64,000 bases of DNA from Deltaproteobacteria bacterium (GTDB lineage Bacteria > SAR324 > NAC60-12), in the NCBI GenBank assembly GCA_038150265.1, contig JAYOTF010000001.1, positions 32,665 through 96,664 on the forward strand. Direction: 5' to 3'. A model generated the notes under the pieces. The model saw only the letters and a program-made list of their open reading frames with translations. It did not search any database and was not told where the DNA came from. Of the stretch, positions 1 to 8,537 are shown in pieces; the first letter of the stretch is position 1, and every line of letters begins with the position of its first letter. The translations under genes and the position numbers were made by a program.

Positions 1-717
1 CCTCGGCACAATCCCGAATTCACCCTGCTCGAGTGGTACCGGGCCCACGCGTCGCTGCAGGCCATCACGGCCGATCTGGAAGCCCTGCTGACCACGCTGC
101 GGCAGGGCCTTCCGGAACCGGCTCTGGCGCTCGAGTCCCTGGACTGGACCCGGCCGTGGCCCCGGAAGACCGTCTCTGAGGTGTTTCGGGATTTGCTGGG
201 AATGGAGCTGGAGCCTCCGGAGGGTCCGCTGCTCACAGCCAGTGCCCTCCGGCAAGCCGCTCAGGAAGCCGGGCACCAGACGGGCCTGGAAGGCGCCGAC
301 ACCTTTGAAGAGGTCTTCTTCCGGCTTTGGGATCAGCTGGAGCCTCAGCTGGGACAAGCAGCGCCCGTTTTTGTGCACGACTGGCCCCTCCCGCTGGCCA
401 GCCTGGCCCGTCCCTGTCCGGATCATCCCGGCTTTGCCGACCGCGTGGAGCTCTACATCCGGGGACTGGAGTTGGGAAATGGCTTCGGAGAACTGACCGA
501 CTCGCAGGAGCAGCGCCGCCGCTTTCAGCAGGATCTGCAGAATCGTGTGCAGGCCGGGCGCCCGGAGGTGCCGCTGGATGAAGCCTTCCTCGAGGCGCTG
601 GCTCAGGGCCTGCCCCCGAGCGCCGGCATGGCTGTTGGCGTGGACCGCCTCGTCATGCTCCTCACCGGAGCGCCCCACATCCGGGACGTCCTTGCCTTTG
701 CGTGGAACGAGCGGTAA
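1..717 (+). CDS. epmA: EF-P lysine aminoacylase (class II LysRS-like), 5'-truncated by window edge
   Basis: Frame 1 is open from base 1 and reads HNPEFTLLEWYR (class II motif 2). It also has ELYIRGLELGNGFGELTD and GLPPSAGMAVGVDRLVM (motif 3), with the short C-terminus typical of EpmA/GenX. Confidence 0.85.
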   Translation, partial: PRHNPEFTLLEWYRAHASLQAITADLEALLTTLRQGLPEPALALESLDWTRPWPRKTVSEVFRDLLGMELEPPEGPLLTASALRQAAQEAGHQTGLEGADTFEEVFFRLWDQLEPQLGQAAPVFVHDWPLPLASLARPCPDHPGFADRVELYIRGLELGNGFGELTDSQEQRRRFQQDLQNRVQAGRPEVPLDEAFLEALAQGLPPSAGMAVGVDRLVMLLTGAPHIRDVLAFAWNER

Positions 718-757
718 CCTTCCTGCTTCCCGCTTTTCCTTCACGACTCCTCACAGC

Positions 758-1369
758 ATGACCCTCATCTCGGCCACCCTGACCCTGCTCCTCATCATGG
801 ATCCCCTTGGGAACATCCCCACGTTCCTGTCGGTCCTGAAGACCATTGAGGACGAAAAGCGACGGCGGCAGGTGCTGATCCGCGAGCTGATGCTGGCCCT
901 GCTGGTGCTCCTGACATTTCTCTTTGCGGGAAAGTATGTGCTGCTCTGGCTGGGGCTACGCGAGGAGGCGGTCCGGATTGGAGGAGGCATTGTGCTGTTC
1001 CTCATTGCGATCCGGATGATCTTTCCACCCGTCAGTGGCGGAGTGATGGGCGAGCTTCCGGGGGGAGAGCCGTTTCTGGTGCCGCTGGCAGTCCCGATGA
1101 TCGCCGGGCCGTCTTCGCTGGCGGTGCTGATTCTGCTCGGAAATTCGGAGCCTGAGCGGTGGCTGACCTGGTTGGCGGCGCTGATGATTGCGTGGGGCGT
1201 CACCAGCACCATCATGATGGGATCCACCCTGCTGTACCGGTTGCTCGGACAAAAAGGGTTGGTCGCCCTGGAGCGCCTGATGGGCATGGTGCTGGTCACC
1301 CTGGCGGTGCAGATGCTGCTGGACGGCACCGCCTCGTACCTGGGGAAGGCCTCGCTGGGGTTGCTCTGA
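758..1369 (+). CDS. MarC/YhgN (NAAT) family membrane protein
   Basis: MDPLGNIPTF, GGIVLFLIAIRM, VPLAVPMIAGP and ERLMGMVL motifs; about 6 hydrophobic segments; ATG at 758. Confidence 0.9.
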   Translation: MTLISATLTLLLIMDPLGNIPTFLSVLKTIEDEKRRRQVLIRELMLALLVLLTFLFAGKYVLLWLGLREEAVRIGGGIVLFLIAIRMIFPPVSGGVMGELPGGEPFLVPLAVPMIAGPSSLAVLILLGNSEPERWLTWLAALMIAWGVTSTIMMGSTLLYRLLGQKGLVALERLMGMVLVTLAVQMLLDGTASYLGKASLGLL

Positions 1370-1375
1370 CGCGGG

Positions 1376-1651
1376 TCAGGTCCCGAGCGAGAACATGTGC
1401 TCGAGGTCATGCCGGGAGTAGGTCCGGAAGGCAATCAGCGTCTCGGTCGCAGTGATGCCATCCAGGGCGCCAATCTTCTCGGCCATCGTATCTGCAACCG
1501 CCTCCATCGACTTCACCCGGATCATGCACACCAGGTCAAACCGCCCAGCGACCGAAAACACTTCCGACACCTCCGGCAGGTCCACCAGGGTCTGAGACAC
1601 GGACTTGATCTGCGCCCGTTCCACGTTGAGTAACACAATTGCGGTAATCAT
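1376..1651 (-). CDS. Lrp/AsnC ligand-binding (RAM) domain protein, stand-alone
   Basis: MITAIVLLNVE...EVFSVAGRFDLV...GITATETLIAF pattern; GAGGAAGG RBS before the ATG at 1651. Confidence 0.85.
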   Translation of the reverse strand: MITAIVLLNVERAQIKSVSQTLVDLPEVSEVFSVAGRFDLVCMIRVKSMEAVADTMAEKIGALDGITATETLIAFRTYSRHDLEHMFSLGT

Positions 1652-1774
1652 AAGCCTTCCTCTTCTCACAAAGGATCAAATTCATCCGGACCCCTTGGCA
1701 CCGTCGCCAGCAGGGTCCTGTCGGGTCTGCCTCATCACATCTTGGAGTCCGGGATAAGGCAAGCTGAAGCCGGA

Positions 1775-2566
1775 CTACCAGACCGTCTTGATCAGGCCGC
1801 CGTCCACGGCAATGGTGCTGCCGGTGAGGTAGCTTGCGGCCTCTGACAGCAGAAAGGCGCCGGCCCGCCCGAACTCCTCAATCGTCCCATAACGTCCCGT
1901 CGGAATCGTGGCTGCCGAGCGAGCCTGCACTTCTGCCACCGGAATGCCCTGGGCGTTGGCCCGAGCCTGGTCGAGGCTCCGGACCCGGTCGGTGTCAATG
2001 CGTCCGGGCATGAGGTTGTTGATGCGGATGCCCTCCGGAGCCAGCTGATGCGAGAGGCTCTTCACGAGGCTGGTCACTCCAGAGCGCATCACATTCGAGA
2101 GCAGCAGCACGTCAATCGGCTCCTTGACCGAAGACGAGGTCACCGTCAGGATGGAGCCCCCGCCGCGCTCGCGCATCGATGGCAAGGCTCCGCGAATCAT
2201 CCGGACTGCGCTCAGCAGGTTCAGCTCAAAGGCCGCCTGCCAGTCGTCATCAGTAAAGCGGTCAAATGAGCCGGCAGGAGGACCTCCGGCATTGACCACC
2301 AGCAGGTCCACGCCTCCGAACTGCTGCTGCGTCTGGGCAAACCAGTTCTCAATGGAAGCGGGATCAGCGGCATCGAGCACCGTTCCCAGGGTTGCCGCGC
2401 CGGTGCTTTCCCGGAGGTGCCGGGCAGCGGCGGCAATGGGTTCTGCAGACCGGCTTCCCAGCGAAACCGAGGCTCCCTCCCGGGCCAACTCCTGGGCAAT
2501 GCCAAAGCCCAGGCCCTTGCTGGAAGCGGCCACCATTGCCACCTTTCCCTTCAATCCTAAATCCAT
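1775..2566 (-). CDS. Short-chain dehydrogenase/reductase (FabG-like)
   Basis: AASSKGLG Rossmann motif, NAGGPP, PGRIDTDR, YLTG...VDGG; GAGGAG RBS. Confidence 0.92.
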   Translation of the reverse strand: MDLGLKGKVAMVAASSKGLGFGIAQELAREGASVSLGSRSAEPIAAAARHLRESTGAATLGTVLDAADPASIENWFAQTQQQFGGVDLLVVNAGGPPAGSFDRFTDDDWQAAFELNLLSAVRMIRGALPSMRERGGGSILTVTSSSVKEPIDVLLLSNVMRSGVTSLVKSLSHQLAPEGIRINNLMPGRIDTDRVRSLDQARANAQGIPVAEVQARSAATIPTGRYGTIEEFGRAGAFLLSEAASYLTGSTIAVDGGLIKTVW

Positions 2567-2573
2567 GATCTCC

Positions 2574-4202
2574 TCAAGGTTCTTGGGGTGAGCGGTTCAG
2601 GAGGCCTCCCAAACCGGAGGCGATCAGCAGCACCAGCCACACCAGGGCCACTGCCTCTCGCTGATCGCGATAGATCGAATCATAGGAGCGCAGCGGAATC
2701 GTCTCCACCAGGGCCCCTTCCGTAAACAGGCCCAGCCGCTCTGACTGAGGACGCCCCGTGACCTCCAGGAAGACGCTCTTTCCGTTGTTCGAGGCCAGCA
2801 GAACCGGGAGGCGGTTCTCAATGGCCCGCCACCGCAAGATCGCTTCCATGTTGTCAGAAGCCGTGGTTTTGCCAAACCACGCCAGGTTGCTCAGGTTCAC
2901 AGCAAAGCGGGCGCCATTCTGGCTCAGGCGCCGCAGCGTCTCGGGCGCAAAGATGTCAAAGCAGATCGGCCCGGCCACCGCCTCGCCCGCCAGGGGGAAC
3001 ACCGTAAACTCGGTTCCGGGCTCAAACTCCGACATGTTTGGAATCTGCTCCCGGAGCCATGCTGCCGCGCCCGGGAACCAGTCGGAAAACGGAATCATCT
3101 CGCCAAACGGAATCAGGAAGACCTTGCGATACCGTCCCAGCTCCTGACCGTTCGGTCCGAGCAACGCCGAGATGCCATGGAAGCGCCAGCGCCCATCTCG
3201 CCGCTCCCAGTCGATGGACGCCACCATGAGGAACACCTGCTGCTCGCGGAGGAAGGCCCGGACCCGCTGCAAGGGCGCCGCATCTTTGAAGAGGGCCCCC
3301 GGATAGACCGACTCTGGCCACACCAGCAGGCGCGGCCCCTCAAAGGGGGGGCTCGCCTCGAGGGCCTGGCGGGAGTCGGCCAGCAGGGCCTGCAGGTTGG
3401 CTTCACGGTCGGAGTGGGCCAGGTCGGGATTGGAGGCGAGCTGACGCAGCGAGAAGTTTGGCTGCAGCGTCACCACCTGCACTTCCGGAGCGGGCTCTGA
3501 GGTTGACAGGTCAGCCAGCCGCCAGCTTCCGTACGCCCAGGCCCCTCCCCACGCCAGGGCCAACACGAGAGCGGGGGCCACCAGCGCCTTCAGGGGCTGC
3601 TGGCCCTGTTGCCAGCGGAAGACTTCCAGCAGAACCAGCGCTGTGCCCAGGCTCAGGACCCCCATCCCAGGCGCGCCCCAGACGTCAGCCATCTGCTCCA
3701 CCACCGGCAGCCCTGAAAGCGAGAGGCTCCCGAGGTTCCAGTGAATCAGCCGCGGCCAGAAGGCGTCCACACCAATTGCCCAGAGCAGCCGGAACGGAAG
3801 CCCCCGGATCGTCCGGAAGCGGGTTCCCAGCAACGGCAGGGCCAGCGCCACCCACAGCAGCACCCCGGCCTCCAGGCCGTACCCCACGCCCGTGACCAGC
3901 CAGGCGACCGGAAGCGGCAGCCCACCAAAGACATGGGCGCTGTTGGTGATCCAGTGTGCTGCCAGCAGGGCGCCGACGCCACCAACCAACCAGCAGCTCA
4001 GGAAGCTGGTCCGGAGCTGCGCCTGCCACGAAGCCGCCGGTTGTTCCAGCATCCAGAGCAGAAGCGCCAGTGCGCCAATTCCAACCAGTGGAACCGGATA
4101 ACCCGGAGAGCCGATTCCCAGCAGGACCCCAGCCAGCAGCAGCCCTCCCCAGCGTCCGGATCGGGTCTGGAGGAACCCGTTTGTGCCCGGTTGCCGCTTC
4201 AC
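2574..4202 (-). CDS. lnt: Apolipoprotein N-acyltransferase
   Basis: N-terminal TM helices plus a CN-hydrolase domain with QPN, VWPES, YRKVFLIPFGE and ICFD (E-K-C triad) and RAIENR. Confidence 0.92.
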   Translation of the reverse strand: MKRQPGTNGFLQTRSGRWGGLLLAGVLLGIGSPGYPVPLVGIGALALLLWMLEQPAASWQAQLRTSFLSCWLVGGVGALLAAHWITNSAHVFGGLPLPVAWLVTGVGYGLEAGVLLWVALALPLLGTRFRTIRGLPFRLLWAIGVDAFWPRLIHWNLGSLSLSGLPVVEQMADVWGAPGMGVLSLGTALVLLEVFRWQQGQQPLKALVAPALVLALAWGGAWAYGSWRLADLSTSEPAPEVQVVTLQPNFSLRQLASNPDLAHSDREANLQALLADSRQALEASPPFEGPRLLVWPESVYPGALFKDAAPLQRVRAFLREQQVFLMVASIDWERRDGRWRFHGISALLGPNGQELGRYRKVFLIPFGEMIPFSDWFPGAAAWLREQIPNMSEFEPGTEFTVFPLAGEAVAGPICFDIFAPETLRRLSQNGARFAVNLSNLAWFGKTTASDNMEAILRWRAIENRLPVLLASNNGKSVFLEVTGRPQSERLGLFTEGALVETIPLRSYDSIYRDQREAVALVWLVLLIASGLGGLLNRSPQEP

Positions 4203-5573
4203 TTAGAACGAGACCAGGTGACCAAGATTGAACGTAATGCCCAGGTACACCGTGATGCCGAGGATGTCGTTGGCCGTGGTGATGAACGGTCCGGTGGCCA
4301 GGGCCGGGTCAATGTGGAGCCGCTTGAGCAAAATGGGGACAGACGCGCCAATTGAGGCAGCAATGCAGACAACCGCAATCAGGGCGAGTGAGGCACTGAG
4401 CGCCGTGGTGGGATTCCGGGTGATGAACCAGTTCATGAAGCCCAGCAGCGTGGCACAGATGACCCCATTCACCAGGGCCACCCGCAGCTCCTTCCAGAGC
4501 CGGATCAGCAGGTCGGTCGTCTGAATGGCCCCCGTCGCCAACCCCCGGACCATGATGGAAGAAGACTGGATGCCCACGTTTCCTCCGAACGCGGCAATGA
4601 GCGGAATGAAGTAGGCCGTCTCCGGCATGGTGGAAAGCGCCTTGCCAAAGCCGTTCATGACCAGCGCCGCAAAGAAGCCCCCGACCATGCTGAGGAACAA
4701 CCAGGGCAGGCGCTCTCGTGTGGTCCGGAAGATGGAGGTTTCCATGACCTCCTCACCGCCGGTTCCGGCAAACTGCCCCATGTCCTCATGATGCTCCTCG
4801 TAGAGGACGTCCACGAGGTCGTCAATGGTGATGCGTCCTGCGAGCCGAAGGTGCTTGTCAATGACGGGCACCACAACGAGGTCATACTCCTTGGCCACCC
4901 GCGCAACCTCTTCCTGGTCGAGGTCAATGTCCACCGCCACCACGTCCGGATTCATGATCGTGGCAATGGAGACGCTCCGGTCGGCAAGGAGGAGTTCCGT
5001 GACGGAGACGGTGCCAATCAGGTGTTGAAACTCGTCGACCACATAAGCGGTATAGAACATTTCAAAGCCCTCACGCTGCGTGTAGCGCTGGATGCTCCGA
5101 ATGGCCTGATCCACCGACTGATCCTTGCGGATGGCGACCACGTAGGAGGTCATCAGCCCGCCGGCGCTCTCCTCATCATACTGCAGGAGGTTGTGGACGT
5201 CGGCTCGGTCTTTGGCAGGGAGCGACTCCAGCAGCGCATCAGCCTGCGTATCGTCGAGGATGGACACGATGTCTGCGGCATCGTCATCATCCATTTCCCC
5301 AATGATTCCGGAGAGTTGCTCGTGGGTCAACTCTCCCACCAGGTCAGAAAGAACGGCGGAAGAGTCGTGGAGGTTGGAAAGGACGTCGGAGGCCTTCTCA
5401 GGCCCGAGTTGCTCAAAGACCACCAGCTGGTGCTTGAGCTTGAGCTGGAGGAGGATCTGGGCGATCTCCACGGCGTTGAGGGTATCCAGCAGGCTCCGGA
5501 GAACCTGAGGACGCCCTGTGGTAATCAGGCGCTTGACGACCTTGTCATAGCGGGGGTCGTGCGTTTTCGCCAT
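4203..5573 (-). CDS. mgtE: Magnesium transporter MgtE
   Basis: N domain, CBS pair (ESAGGLMT, GRITIDD), GGNVGIQS and DPALATGPFITTAND. Confidence 0.95.
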   Translation of the reverse strand: MAKTHDPRYDKVVKRLITTGRPQVLRSLLDTLNAVEIAQILLQLKLKHQLVVFEQLGPEKASDVLSNLHDSSAVLSDLVGELTHEQLSGIIGEMDDDDAADIVSILDDTQADALLESLPAKDRADVHNLLQYDEESAGGLMTSYVVAIRKDQSVDQAIRSIQRYTQREGFEMFYTAYVVDEFQHLIGTVSVTELLLADRSVSIATIMNPDVVAVDIDLDQEEVARVAKEYDLVVVPVIDKHLRLAGRITIDDLVDVLYEEHHEDMGQFAGTGGEEVMETSIFRTTRERLPWLFLSMVGGFFAALVMNGFGKALSTMPETAYFIPLIAAFGGNVGIQSSSIMVRGLATGAIQTTDLLIRLWKELRVALVNGVICATLLGFMNWFITRNPTTALSASLALIAVVCIAASIGASVPILLKRLHIDPALATGPFITTANDILGITVYLGITFNLGHLVSF

Positions 5574-5596
5574 GGGAACTCGTCGGCGAAGGAGGC

Positions 5597-7090
5597 TCAG
5601 TTCCAGCGAGAGACGAGATCAGTGAGGAGCCGTACCCCGACTCCGGTGGCCGAACCGCTGGGGTGGTAGTCAACGTGCTTGACGCTCCAGGCGGCTCCGG
5701 CGATGTCCAGGTGCACCCATGGCGTGTCGCCCACGAAGTGCTCCAGGAAGGCGCCCCCGATGATGGTTCCGGCATCTCCGTCTCCGATGTTCCGGAGGTC
5801 CGCGTGCTTGCCTTTGAGAGACTCGGCATATTCCGGATAATTCGGAAGCTCCCAGACCCGTTCGCCACTGACGGAAGCGGCCGCCCGGACCTGATCCATG
5901 AGCGCCGCGTTGTTGGTCACGGCTCCACAGGCCTGGTGGCCCAATGCAATGATGCAGGCTCCGGTCAGGGTGGCCAGGTCCACAACGGCCTGAGGCTTGT
6001 ACTGATCCACCACATACGCCAGGGCATCTCCCAGCACCAACCGGCCTTCCGCATCGGTATTGAGGATTTCCACCGTCTTGCCGTTGTAGGCCTTCACAAT
6101 GTCTCCGGGACGCTGGGCCTTGCCGTCGGGCATGTTTTCCGAGGCAGCCACAATGCCAATCACGTTTACCTTGGGCTTGACCTGCGCAATGGCCTGCATG
6201 GCGCCAATGACCGCTGCGGAGCCACACATGTCAAACTTCATCTCGTCCATGCCCTTGCCCGGCTTCAGCGAGATGCCACCGGAGTCAAAGGTGATGCCCT
6301 TGCCCACCAGCGCCACGGTTTCTTCCGCCTTTTCGTGGTGGTACTCCATGATGATCAGCTTCGCCGGCTCTTCTGCGCCCTGGCTGACTCCCAGCAGCAT
6401 GTTCATGCCGAGCTTCTTCATGTCCGATTCTTCCAGCACACTGAACTTCAGCTTCTGCTTCTTGGCCATCGCTTCAGCGCGCTTGGCCAGCTCCTTTGGC
6501 GAGAGCACATTCGGCGGCGTGTTCCCCAGGGTCCGGGCAAAGTTGGTGGCTTCTGCACGAATCCCTCCGTTCTTGACCGCCTTCGCATCCGTGGTGCCTT
6601 CCGGATCCACCAACCGCACCTTGACGCTCTTTGGCGCGTCTCCCGAGTCACCGGTCTTGTACTCGGTAAACTCATAGGCGCCCAGGCTCAGGCCTTCGGC
6701 AATGATCTCTCCCACGGGCTTGGCCGTCACCAGCCCCAGAAACTCCGGAACCGGCGTCACGACTTCCGCCACCTTCAGGGCGCCCAGTTGCTTCCCGGCC
6801 TTTCCGGCGGCTCGGCGCAGCGCTTCGGCGTCCAGGTCCTGCTTGGGTCCCAGCCCCACCAGCAGCACCTGCCCCAGGGCCTTGGCAGCGGTCACAACCT
6901 GATGCGTGCTCCCTTTCTTGCCAGAGAAGACCTTGAGCTTCTTGGCAGCGTCCAGCTGGCTGAGCACCTCTTCCGGAAGTCCTCCCAAGCCACATGCGGT
7001 CCAATCCAGGTCTTCGGCCACAAAGGCCAGGAGCGCCCCGGCTTTTTCCTGAGCCAGTTCTTTTGTGCTGTAGTCGAGTTTCAGTTCCAT
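5597..7090 (-). CDS. pepA: Leucyl aminopeptidase (M17)
   Basis: VGKGITFDSGG, MKFDMCG, NTDAEGRLVLGD, DLATLTGA and HLDIAG. ATG at 7090 chosen for its AAGGA RBS. Confidence 0.95.
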   Translation of the reverse strand: MELKLDYSTKELAQEKAGALLAFVAEDLDWTACGLGGLPEEVLSQLDAAKKLKVFSGKKGSTHQVVTAAKALGQVLLVGLGPKQDLDAEALRRAAGKAGKQLGALKVAEVVTPVPEFLGLVTAKPVGEIIAEGLSLGAYEFTEYKTGDSGDAPKSVKVRLVDPEGTTDAKAVKNGGIRAEATNFARTLGNTPPNVLSPKELAKRAEAMAKKQKLKFSVLEESDMKKLGMNMLLGVSQGAEEPAKLIIMEYHHEKAEETVALVGKGITFDSGGISLKPGKGMDEMKFDMCGSAAVIGAMQAIAQVKPKVNVIGIVAASENMPDGKAQRPGDIVKAYNGKTVEILNTDAEGRLVLGDALAYVVDQYKPQAVVDLATLTGACIIALGHQACGAVTNNAALMDQVRAAASVSGERVWELPNYPEYAESLKGKHADLRNIGDGDAGTIIGGAFLEHFVGDTPWVHLDIAGAAWSVKHVDYHPSGSATGVGVRLLTDLVSRWN

Positions 7091-7209
7091 GAACAATCCT
7101 TGAAAGACAGTGCCGGGAGCACTCGTGGTTGTGTTGTCTGTAAAAACCGCCAAAATAGAAGAAAGGAGCTGGAACGCTCAAGCCAAATTCCCTTTTGCTG
7201 CAAATCGAC

Positions 7210-8037
7210 ATGCCTGAAGGCCCTGAAATTCGGCAAGCTGCCGATCGGCTGGACCGAGCGGTGGGAAAGCGGATCTGCACGGAGCTCTTCTTTGAGTTTG
7301 AGCGACTCAAGGTGTATGAGCCCGAGCTGACTGGACAGACCATCACGCAGGTGACGTCTCGGGGAAAGGCGTTGCTGACGCGCTTTGCCAACGGCTGGAG
7401 CATTTATAGCCACAACCAGCTTTACGGACGCTGGATGGTGCGGCGGCCGTATGCGTTTCCGCAGACGAACCGGCAGCTCCGGCTTGCTCTTCACACCGAC
7501 CACCGCTCCGCGTTGCTCTACAGCGCCTCTGACATTGAGGTCCTCCGGACCGATGAAGAGGCCCAACACCCGTTTCTGCAAAAGCTGGGGCCCGACCTGC
7601 TGGACGAAACCTGCACCGTGGAAGAAATTGAGGACCGCCTGCAGGCCCCTTCCTTCCGGCGCCGGCAACTGGGAAGCCTGCTGCTCGACCAGGGCTTCCT
7701 GGCAGGGCTGGGCAACTACCTCCGGAGCGAAGTCCTCTTTGTTGCCGGCCTGGCCCCTCAGCAGCAACCGCAGCACTGTGTCCCGGAGTCGCTCCGGCGC
7801 CTGGCCACCGCCTGCCTGGACCTCACCCGGCAGTCGTACCAAACGGGCGGCATCACCAACGACCTCAACGCGGCTCAAGCCCTGCAGGCCCAGGGACAGC
7901 CCCGGAATCAGTACCGGCATTGGGTGTTTGCCCGCGAGCATCGCCCCTGCTGGATCTGCGCAACCCCCATCGTCCGGACGAACTCCGCGTCTCGCCGGCT
8001 TTACTTCTGCCCCTCCTGCCAACCCGCTGCCGCATGA
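7210..8037 (+). CDS. nei: Endonuclease VIII (Fpg/Nei DNA glycosylase)
   Basis: N-terminal MPEGPEI, RGKALL, HNQLYGRW, H2TH motif LLDQGFLAGLGNYLRSE and C-terminal CxxC...CxxCQ zinc finger. Confidence 0.95.
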   Translation: MPEGPEIRQAADRLDRAVGKRICTELFFEFERLKVYEPELTGQTITQVTSRGKALLTRFANGWSIYSHNQLYGRWMVRRPYAFPQTNRQLRLALHTDHRSALLYSASDIEVLRTDEEAQHPFLQKLGPDLLDETCTVEEIEDRLQAPSFRRRQLGSLLLDQGFLAGLGNYLRSEVLFVAGLAPQQQPQHCVPESLRRLATACLDLTRQSYQTGGITNDLNAAQALQAQGQPRNQYRHWVFAREHRPCWICATPIVRTNSASRRLYFCPSCQPAAA

Positions 8038-8480
8038 AGATCTACCTGGAAACCCCGGTTGCCGGCCACTTCCGGGACGTGTTTGCCCAATTCGACCAGT
8101 CCCTCTTTGTGAAGCTGACCCCACCCTTCCCGCCAGTGGAGCTGCAGCGCTTTGACGGCAGCCGCGTCGGCGATCAGTATCACATCGACCTCAAGCTTCC
8201 GTTCCTGCGCCAAACGTGGCAAGGTCACATCACTGAAGCCGGAGAGACCGAGACCGAGTGCTGGTTTGTCGATGAGGGCCTCCAGCTTCCCTTCTTTCTC
8301 CAATCCTGGCACCACCGTCACACGGTCCGGCAACAGGGAGACCACTGTGTCATCATTGACGACATCACCTACGAGGCCCCGTTTCGCTGGCTCACGTACC
8401 TCCTGCACCCCAGCATGTGGCTCCAGTTTGCGTACCGAAAGCCCCTCTACCGTAAAGTCTTCGGCGCCCCGCCCCGCTGA
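8034..8480 (+). CDS. SRPBCC/START-like ligand-binding domain protein
   Basis: LTPP, FVDEG..LPF...WHHRH and IIDDITY pattern; ATGA overlap with the nei stop. Confidence 0.75.
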   Translation: MKIYLETPVAGHFRDVFAQFDQSLFVKLTPPFPPVELQRFDGSRVGDQYHIDLKLPFLRQTWQGHITEAGETETECWFVDEGLQLPFFLQSWHHRHTVRQQGDHCVIIDDITYEAPFRWLTYLLHPSMWLQFAYRKPLYRKVFGAPPR

Positions 8481-8537
8481 CCCCTCAAAGGGACTCGTTT
8501 GAATTTTGCTATCCTTAACTTCATTGAAGGCATCCTC

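Noticed and set aside
5663..7330. 555-aa plus-strand ORF over pepA, and many other overlapping ORFs in the track
   Set aside because: They overlap well-supported genes and have the Arg/Pro/Gly/His-rich composition typical of non-coding frames.
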